Source: Lobosporangium transversale (Eukaryota). From it: a stretch of 62,185 nt of DNA. This document shows positions 49,298 to 62,185 of this stretch, in pieces; the first letter of the stretch is position 1, and the number at the start of each line of letters is the position of its first letter. The translations under genes and the position numbers were made by a program. The notes beneath the pieces were generated by a model that was given only the letters and a program-made list of their open reading frames with translations, did no database searches and was not told the DNA's origin. The stretch covers positions 310,001 to 372,185 of the forward strand of contig NW_019029022.1 in NCBI RefSeq assembly GCF_002105155.1, given 5' to 3'.

Positions 49298-50075
49298 ATG
49301 CGACCTGTCGATGGCAAGTATGCCTTCAAATATGATGAGGCTGAGCAAGTCTATCGAAATGTCATGGCAAACGAAGGCCTTCTAGACAATCCTAGGCCCC
49401 CATTCTATGATGGGCTCAAGGGCCGAACCATGACCCATCTGTTTGAATACATGGCCGATAAATTTGGAGACAAAGATTCAATGGGTTGGAGAGATATCGT
49501 TAAAGTATGGAGATTTCTTTCTTTTTTTTATCATCATGTACTTTATTTCTTTCCACGACTATTACTTATTGTGTGCTTATCCATAATTACTGGGCTAAAA
49601 ATAGGTACATAAGGTCGAAAAGCAATCAGCCAACCCTGAAGAAAAGCCAAAGACGTGGATGACTTATGAACTCTCTGATTATAAATGGATGACATACCGT
49701 CAAGCCAAGGACTATGCTGATCAAATTGGTTTAGGTCTCAAACGTCTCGGCGTCGATAAGGGTGACTGTATCCTGATTTTCGCCAGTACCAGGTAACGCT
49801 TAAAAAAAACATTAGTGTTATGTTTCATTATTATTTTTTTATCGATTTCTTGCTGACAGTGTCTCGCTTAATCCGCATGGATTAGTCCTGAATGGCTCCT
49901 TACATCACATGGTAAGCAATTTTCAAGCTCTTCGAGGGGTAGTGCCTTATTCCAGAGTGGACCTGCAAAGTTTAACAAGAAAAGAATAACAGCACTGTTA
50001 CGGACATTCTGTCAAAGCTGTTTGCTTTTGTTGATCAAACAGAGGACACGCTGTGATTTACATGCTTCAATCAAC

Positions 50076-50118
<43 letters not shown>

Positions 50119-52207
50119 TTTTCCCAATGGCTATAGGGTCTTTCTCTCAGTCAATTACTATTGTGACAGCATACGACTCCATGGATGAGAAATCAATCGC
50201 ACATATCCTCAAGGAGTCTGCTCCTAAAGCGATTTTTGCTGATTCAAATACTCTGCCTGTCATCTGCAACCTTATGCAGAAGGATAGCCATGACATCAAA
50301 ACAATCATATATAGTGGGCAAGATTCAGAAGTGAAGGAATCTACTACTAAGCTTGAAAATATTCAGAACCGTTCCTTTAAATTGGTACATATCGATGAAT
50401 TGAAGGTTGGTCAGGATAAGGACAAACTTAAGGCCAGCTACCCAGATGAAGGCGACATCGCATGCATTATGTATACATCTGGATCAACTGGGCAGCCTAA
50501 AGGCGCACTATTGACTCATGGCAACCTAATGGCCTCTATTGCAAGTGCAGCTGCTTTAGTGGGCGACCAACTCAATGAAGAAGATATCGTGTTGTCTTAT
50601 CTACCTCTAGCACACGTACTAGAGTTTGTTATTTCGCATTTTTGCTCCTCAATGGTGAGTGGCAACTGTATTACTTCAATAGTGTGTTGTATCTTTTCGG
50701 TCAGAACTTACTTGGATACTAACCTTTATATCTACAAATCTCTTCTTTTTACTCTGTTCAAATGCAACGATCCATAATTTCAGGGATGTCGCCTCGGCTT
50801 CGGTCGTGCCAGGACCTTAATGGATGACGCTGTTGCGCCTACATCAGGTAGCAGACAATCTAAAGGCCTTGGGGACTTGAAAGCGCTCAGGCCAACGCTG
50901 ATGGGTATGTTTATGACACAACTAAGCAAACAGCTGACGCTGTTGATGAGATCATTTTCATTTTTTGTGTGACGTTGAAACCTAATTTTAGCTGTGTTAT
51001 TTAAAATTTAACTTTTGAACACATAATGTCTATTAAGCTGGTGTCCCCACGATCTGGGAGCGTATCAGGAAAGGTATTATTGCCGAGGTCAACAAACAGC
51101 CATTACCCTTGCGTAAGCTGTTCTTTGCAGCACTTAATGCAAAATGGGCCATTGTTCAGGCAACAGGATCGGAGAATGCTGTCACTAGGGCGCTTGACGT
51201 GGCTGCCTTTAGTAAGCCAAGAGAGCTGGTGGGTGGACGACTTCGTCTTGCTCTAACAGGAGGTGCTGGCATTAGTGACGAAACACACCGTTTCTTGAGT
51301 ATGGTCATGTGCTATGTTATCTCTGGATATGGTCTCACCGAAGTCTGTGGCGTTGCAGCCGTAACTATACCTTCCATGGGACATCGATTGAGAACTGTGG
51401 GTCCACCTGTAGGTTTATCAAGTGATTCCTTGTTATAAAAAAAAAAAAAAAAAAAAAAAGAGACTGAAACTAAAAACTTTAATGATGCTTTGCCCAATAT
51501 CCGTACCATGGAAACTAGGCACCCAGTCTGGAGCTCAAACTAGTTGATGTTCCTGACACAGAATATACAGGGGAAAACGGAACAGGGGAGATCTGGCTCC
51601 GTGGTCCATCCGTGATGAGAGGCTACCATAAACTCGATGATGAGACAGAGAAGGTGATGACAAGCGAGGGATGGTTCAAAACAGGTGATATTGGTACCAT
51701 GAATGCTGATGGCACTCTGTCGATCAAAGATCGTATCAAGAACCTGGTCAAGTTGTCGCATGGCGAGTATGTTGCGCTTGAGAAGTGTGAGGCAATTTAT
51801 CGTGACTCGAAGGATATCAAGAGCATCTGTATTGTTGCGGACAACGGAAGTCCTGCCCTGATTGCCGTTGTGGAACCAAGTCATCAAGGAGTAAGTGATT
51901 TCATTAAATCAATTATATTACAAATCTTGGCTAAATTATTTGGCACTGAATTTCCTTTTCTTTTTCTTTTTCTTTTTTTTTTAAAAAAAAAAAAAAAAAA
52001 AAGGCCAGAAATGATGAGATCCTCAAAGCACTCAAGGCAGTAGCCAAGTCTGGAGGTCTGTCCAAGCCCGAAACAATTCAAGGAGTGATTGTGGATGATT
52101 CGGACTGGACTAAGAATGGTTTTATGACTTCGAGTGGCAAGATCAAGCGACGAGAGGTCAAGAAGGCCCATGAAAAGGAGATTGAGGAGATCTTGAGTCA
52201 GTTTTAA
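49298..52207 (+). CDS. Long-chain fatty acyl-CoA synthetase (Faa1/Faa4-like)
   Basis: ACIMYTSGSTGQPKG, YLPLAHVLE, GVPTIWERIRKG, GYGLTE, WFKTGDIG, DRIKNLVKLSHGEYVALEK and TSSGKIKR; multi-exon. Confidence 0.95.
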
Positions 52208-52598
52208 TCCAAGGGTCCGAGGGTCTGGCCAATTGAGATGTATTGATGTATTAAGAAGAAAATAAACGCAGCGAAACACAAGCACAAATATTTATTAATT
52301 TAATGTCGTCTGTGTGCATCTTTCAGCTTGTGCCTGGCTGGCACTAAACTTTAATGGCAATGAATACATGCAAAAAGTCATCTTCAATCTCGACTTTTTT
52401 TTTTTTTTTTTTTTTTTAATCTGCATTACTCTTTTCATCATCTTTCTCATCCTCCTCGCTCTGCGGCTCATTTATTCCCTTTTCCTTCTCTGTACTCTCC
52501 ATTTCGCTGTACTTTTTTACTCTCATCTTCCTTATTAGCACCTTTCTTAATTCACTGAATTTCACCGTCCCCATCTTCTCTCAGATTCTATTCCCTTC

Positions 52599-57056
<4,458 letters not shown>

Positions 57057-57106
57057 TTTTAGATTAATCACTAAGAAAAAGACTCTACTTTTTGTAAAAT
57101 TATTAT

Positions 57107-57141
<35 letters not shown>

Positions 57142-57310
57142 ATGCGTATGACACATAAATATGAGCTCAGCGACTGTACGTGAAAACTAAAATAAGACAC
57201 ATTTAACATGCAAGGTTTCTTTTTGAAAATATGTGGATGGTTGCTCACTAGACTATCCTTGGTATATTAATAATTGGAAAGGAAGGAAAAGAAAAGTACA
57301 TTTGGTAGTA

Positions 57311-60300
57311 TTAGGTTATCACCACGTTTTTCTGATTAACTCGACCTAAAATTCTTTTTTCTGCTTCGCTGCTCAAGTACTCCGAGTCCTACATTGAAGT
57401 GGGGAAATGGAGTTAAATCAAGGGCTTTGTTTGGCAATATGCATTACATGTATATATATATATATATATATATAACTCACCAAGATCTCATCCATCACAG
57501 CACGGTCCTTGGGATCAGGACGGAGGAGCATGCGGATCAATTGTCTAGCGCTCTTGTTCCGTACAGCCTCTTCAAAGTAAGGGATCTCAAGCTCTTGAGT
57601 GTTTGTCCACCTTAGCCCATTCGATAAAGGCGGTGTATCTACAGATGGATGGGCCAAGAAATGAAGTACCACATCATCTTTTGCTTTCTTTGGGATCAAT
57701 GGTCTTGTCGCAAAAAGCTCCTACAAACGATAAAACATTGATTGATCCAAGAATCGATCCAAGGATTAAAAATTAGTGAAGAAAATAAATAAATAAATAA
57801 ATAAAATATTGCTCTAAACATCACAACAAAACTTACGTAGAGAAGACATCCGAATGCCCAGAGATCCATGCTGTAGTGCGCTGTTACTCCTGCTGTTGAA
57901 TTACCAGTGCTCTCTTTTGCAGCAACAGTCGCTTTTGCTACTTCAGGCGGACAATACCGAACAGTACCTACACTCATCCGCTCTTCTTCTGCAGTCCTGG
58001 AGGACTCAAGGTCAATGAGTTTCCACTGCTGACGTGGATCATCCCGGTTTCGCATAATGTTGGTCGGCTTCAAATCACAATAGACAATCTTCTTGGAATG
58101 ACACCAGGTCAAGCAACGGAGTACGCCCTTCACAATGTCCTTCACATAACTCTCATCCAATGCAGGTCCTGATCTGTACAATCCTGCGCCTGACAAGTCC
58201 AATGAATGCTCTCCTTGTGCACCCGCAGCCTGTTCACGTAACGCTAGTTTTTTGGCTTTTCGTGCATTCTTCAACATCTGTGCAAGAGTCTCGTCCAAGC
58301 GTTCTAGAATAGTGAGTCGAATTGTTGCGGGTTTGTTGGGGTCATCAGTTTCAGACAGAACAAGAGTTGCCACATGCTTCAACTCAACAACACAGGGCCC
58401 TCGTAATTTCTTTAGCACCCTGCATTCCCTCTCCCAGGCTTCTCTTCTTGAAAATGATTTGATCACAATTGGCTGCTGTGTATCGGAATCAACTGCAAAT
58501 AGGATGTCGTTGAAAGTTCCATGAATGGGGCTGGGAGATTTAGAGACCAAGTATCGGGCGGGTAAATTCTGGATCAATGTTGCAAGAGCTGGATGCTCCA
58601 AAGTCGTATAAACCCCTGAGGAGTTGGCAGTAGAAGATGATCCAGATCTCTGCAGTGTAACATGGGTTTCGATTTCTTCCTCCACCGTTGCTCCAATGCA
58701 GCTCTCACGTCGGTAACTGTCTTGCCACTGTGGAAAGCCGCCTTTGGAATGAAGATGGGTTGTTGATAAGTGGTCATCCTCTCCTGAGACCTGAGATTCT
58801 ACATCCAATCCTGAGCACATCAAACTGACCCTGTCCAGTGGACTCACAGAGTTAAATAACGTTGCCTCCCTTGGGCTGATAATGGATCCATCCCGACTTA
58901 ATGGCTGAGCGTTGGGTCCTGCTGGATTGAGGATGATAGACGGGGCGCCGCCGATTGACGAGGCTTTACCAGAGAGTATGGATGGAGCGCTCACATCCCG
59001 TCGTACACCCCTAGCCGCAGAATAACTTGGTACTAGGTTCCCACTGGATTGCACCATGGACCTTTGGATTCCTGGCATGCCCGAGCCACGTGTAGGGATA
59101 TACCGTAGTGTAGGAATGGGCCCAACCTTTTCTCTTTGATCGAATGATAGCGACGATGCAAACGTCCACCGATCAGCATCCTCCTCATCGTTCTCTGCAA
59201 GATGAGCAGGATAAAAGGGATCAGAAGCAATCGATCCAACTCGGACACCTGTTCTCTGAGATATTTGATCTACATCCTGCAATGATATCTGCCTTGACAA
59301 CTGAGTTGGCTTTGGTGACTGCTTTGCCAGAGATTGAGTGGTATCTGCTACGACAGCACCCTGTTCAGAACTGGATCCAGCATCAGCAGCTGCAGTAGAA
59401 GTATCTGCTGCTGTTGCTGCTGCCTGTTGGCCAAGTGTCGACATGGATCGCATAGGGTATCCCTGTGCAGTAGATGGGATGTTCTTTCTGCCAGCAGTAC
59501 TAGGCCAACCACCAAGGGAAGATCCAGAGTCTCGTCCTGAATGCTGATTATAATAGGCCGGCTTGTCATCCAGGCTCATTTCCCTCGAGAGATATTGCTC
59601 TGCATCAGATAAATAGCTGGCGTTATCCTTCGCTCGCTTTACCTGACCCTGAGCCTTTTTGGATGCACGCCTCCTGAAAACTAGAAACCCAACGAACGCA
59701 GCAATCAAGGCGATACATGCACAGACGACACCGATAGTTACTGGCAAATTGTTTTTGCTATTAGTTGGGTTACTCGGTACAGCTGTAGATGGCGGTGGTG
59801 AACTGCCCCGGACCTCTTTGGATGAGCTCCATTGCCAGGTCAGAGTATCCAGGATATAGATATTGATATCACTAGCTAGTGGTGCGCCGTATCCACCCCA
59901 GATGAGAATATTGGTCCCATTCAGCAGCGCCGAGTGTCCTGTCCTAGGCCCTGGACCCATTTGTTTATTAGTTGTCATCCTGTTCCATACCCATTGCGTT
60001 TTAGAGGCATCCATGACCCATACATCATCGTCAAGTGGTCCATCCGCTCCACCCCCTAAATGGCAGATCACAAGATATTAACAGATTGGACATGGTCAAT
60101 GCCTTGTGTCACCAACTTTTCATTGCAATCAATTGCCCATCTGAAAGTTATGAGATGTGGTATCCCTACCGAATACTACCATGGTATTATTTAAACACAC
60201 AGCTGTATGCCCTTTCCTGACAGAGGGAATACCTCCTCCAAGACCAGGTTCGACGCGGACGTTCAGACTCCAGGTCTCAAAGCCAAGATCGATTGTATGT

Positions 60301-60489
60301 ACATCATTGAAAGCGTTGCTGGCGGTGTCACTCCCCCCAAAAACAACCATCTTGTTGACCCCTGGAAGTTTGCACATTGTATGATACATGAGTGCTGGTC
60401 CGTTAGCAATAGAAGTCCACTCAAACGTACTATCATCCTGGAGAAAGCGGGAAACATAGAGAAGGAAGAAAAGAGAAGAAAATAAAGTA

Positions 60490-60520
<31 letters not shown>

Positions 60521-61443
60521 TAAATAGAGAGGGTAATGAATGTCAATGAGTCTTGTCTGAAAATGTGTTTCAAGAATTGCTTGATGCTTCCCCATAACAA
60601 GACAGCTGACGGATGATGAGGATGCAACCGCTTACTAGTTTATTAAGGTCATTTAGGGCACCGGAGGAGGCGGCATATCCATTGGAGTTGGAGGAAGTCC
60701 CGCCGTGCACATACACTGTATTGTCAGATATACCAATTGCTGCGCCCAACCTCGATGCTGGTGCTGATGCTCCATTTGCTATGTTGTATAGAAAGAATTA
60801 CGGACGAGCACACAGGGGTGAGAATGTATGTTCCTCATGAAACATACTGTTTCAGTGTTACAGCATTAATATTTCTGAAAGATATAAGGGACATACGTGA
60901 GTTGGGAATAGACCATGTCCAAAAATTAGTATCGAGGATTATAAGGTCAGTTTGTGTGGATCCAGTCGTAGAATTGCTAATCAATGCCATCATTTTTCCT
61001 TGAGATTGCAGCGGGACAGACGTCAGGAACTTTTGAGGGTTAGGAGGATTGATTGATCCTTCGGGTTTAGGCTGTGACCACTGGCGTAGTGTAGTGCTCC
61101 AGACCCAGAGGTCATTTGATCCTGAAACAGTTGAATCAAACGGATTTACGTTAGGATCAACTGTGCCACCGAAAATGATCATGGATGTATCGACAATGGC
61201 TGCTCCGTGGAATGCTCGCCAGGTGGGTGTGACAGCAGCAGCGACCACATTGGGATGTAGGGAAAATGGGGGATATCCAGCAGTTGCAAGTACAAATACA
61301 AGCAGATGAGAAAGAGAGAAGGAACGTTTGCTTGTGGAAGAGGAAAAGGTAGTGTGAGGCGAAGGGATAACAGAAGATGGTATGTAGGATGGAATACTGT
61401 CCTCCCGAAGGGAACGCTGTGTAAAAGGGTGGCGGGCCCCCAT
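57311..61443 (-). CDS. Single-pass receptor-like kinase: Kelch-repeat ectodomain + TM + non-RD protein kinase
   Basis: Hydrophobic leader (LLVFVLATAG...VVAAA). Kelch repeats: WRAFHGAAI..MIIFGG, RFGAAIG..VYVHGG, MYHTMC..MVVFGG, RKGHTAV..MVVFGG, RTGHSAL..ILIWGG. TM: LPVTIGVVCACIALIAAFVGFLVF-RRR. Kinase: IVIK, RE, YCDLKPTN, LIDLES, GTVRYCPPE, DLWAFG, DPKDR. The TM and most of the kinase lie in one ORF (57696-60071). Confidence 0.88.
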
Positions 61444-61447
61444 GAGC

Positions 61448-61484
<37 letters not shown>

Positions 61485-62185
61485 TGAAAGAGAAAAAGAT
61501 GTAAGATGGAAGGATTTGAATGCAGAAAGAAGATGAGCACAGGTTAAGAGATGTAGTTGACAACAGGCACAAACATGTAGAGAGACATTAAACAGGCAAG
61601 GTAAGAGAGGTGGAGAAGGGCAAGGGGATATATTATATGATTTTAATGAGAGCAAAATGAGCGATAATTATCCAGGAACAAAAAGATAGAGACAGTAGAG
61701 AAACAGAGAGCAGAAAGAGCGAGAAGAGAGAGAATCAAACAGAAACATGAAGGCATGCTTGTTTTCTCTTGCCCCATCTTCTTTTCTTCGCTTTCTTCCC
61801 CTTGCATTCCTCTCTCCACGTTAAAACTGTTCTTGTTTGGATGCATAACAATTGTTAATTGTTTCCCTCTGTGGGTAAATGGTTGCAAATGTTTAATTTG
61901 TCTATTTTTATTTTTATTATTTATTAATCCGACGTGCAACGGCAGCTGGATTAGCATTGGTATTGACATTGGCTTTAACATTAGCATTGGCAGTGGATGG
62001 GATGGGTGATCTACATCATATTCATCTATACTTTTCGTGTTGTTCTATTACTTGGTGTACTTGTGTACATACTTTCTGTCTTTCCATCTATTATTGTCGG
62101 GAAATAAATGTGGGTGATTATATATGAGATTTGCAGAAACAAAGCCGATTGTCCCTTAAAATTCTGTTTCATGAAGTGCTCCAAG

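Overview
This window is gene-dense eukaryotic nuclear DNA with short GT-AG introns full of poly-A/poly-T runs. The gene content points to an early-diverging fungus, most likely Mortierellaceae (inference, no database search). About 25 genes can be assembled by hand. The housekeeping set is CCDC137-like, PUF60, SNIP1/Pml1, SCS3/FIT, APN2, METTL21-like, DUF952, TAF14, RAD3/XPD, SF3B6, Mis14/Nsl1, ATG29, TRF4/Cid14, long-chain acyl-CoA synthetase and an Ark1/Prk1 kinase. Three intron-containing genes are of bacterial type: a mitochondrially targeted EF-P, oligopeptidase B and MscL with a Zn ribbon. Also present are a SIVA-like gene, four adjacent divergent membrane proteins and several TE relics (a long-TIR non-autonomous element, a decayed DDE transposase, a gypsy-like protease remnant and a Tc1/mariner-type MITE). 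The strongest candidate for an under-described system is a single-pass receptor-like kinase at 57311-61443 (minus strand): Kelch ectodomain, one TM helix, non-RD kinase. Next are the mitochondrial EF-P, whose loop sits on a 27-nt microexon, and the fungal SIVA homolog. Exon boundaries were read by eye and family names come from motif recognition only.
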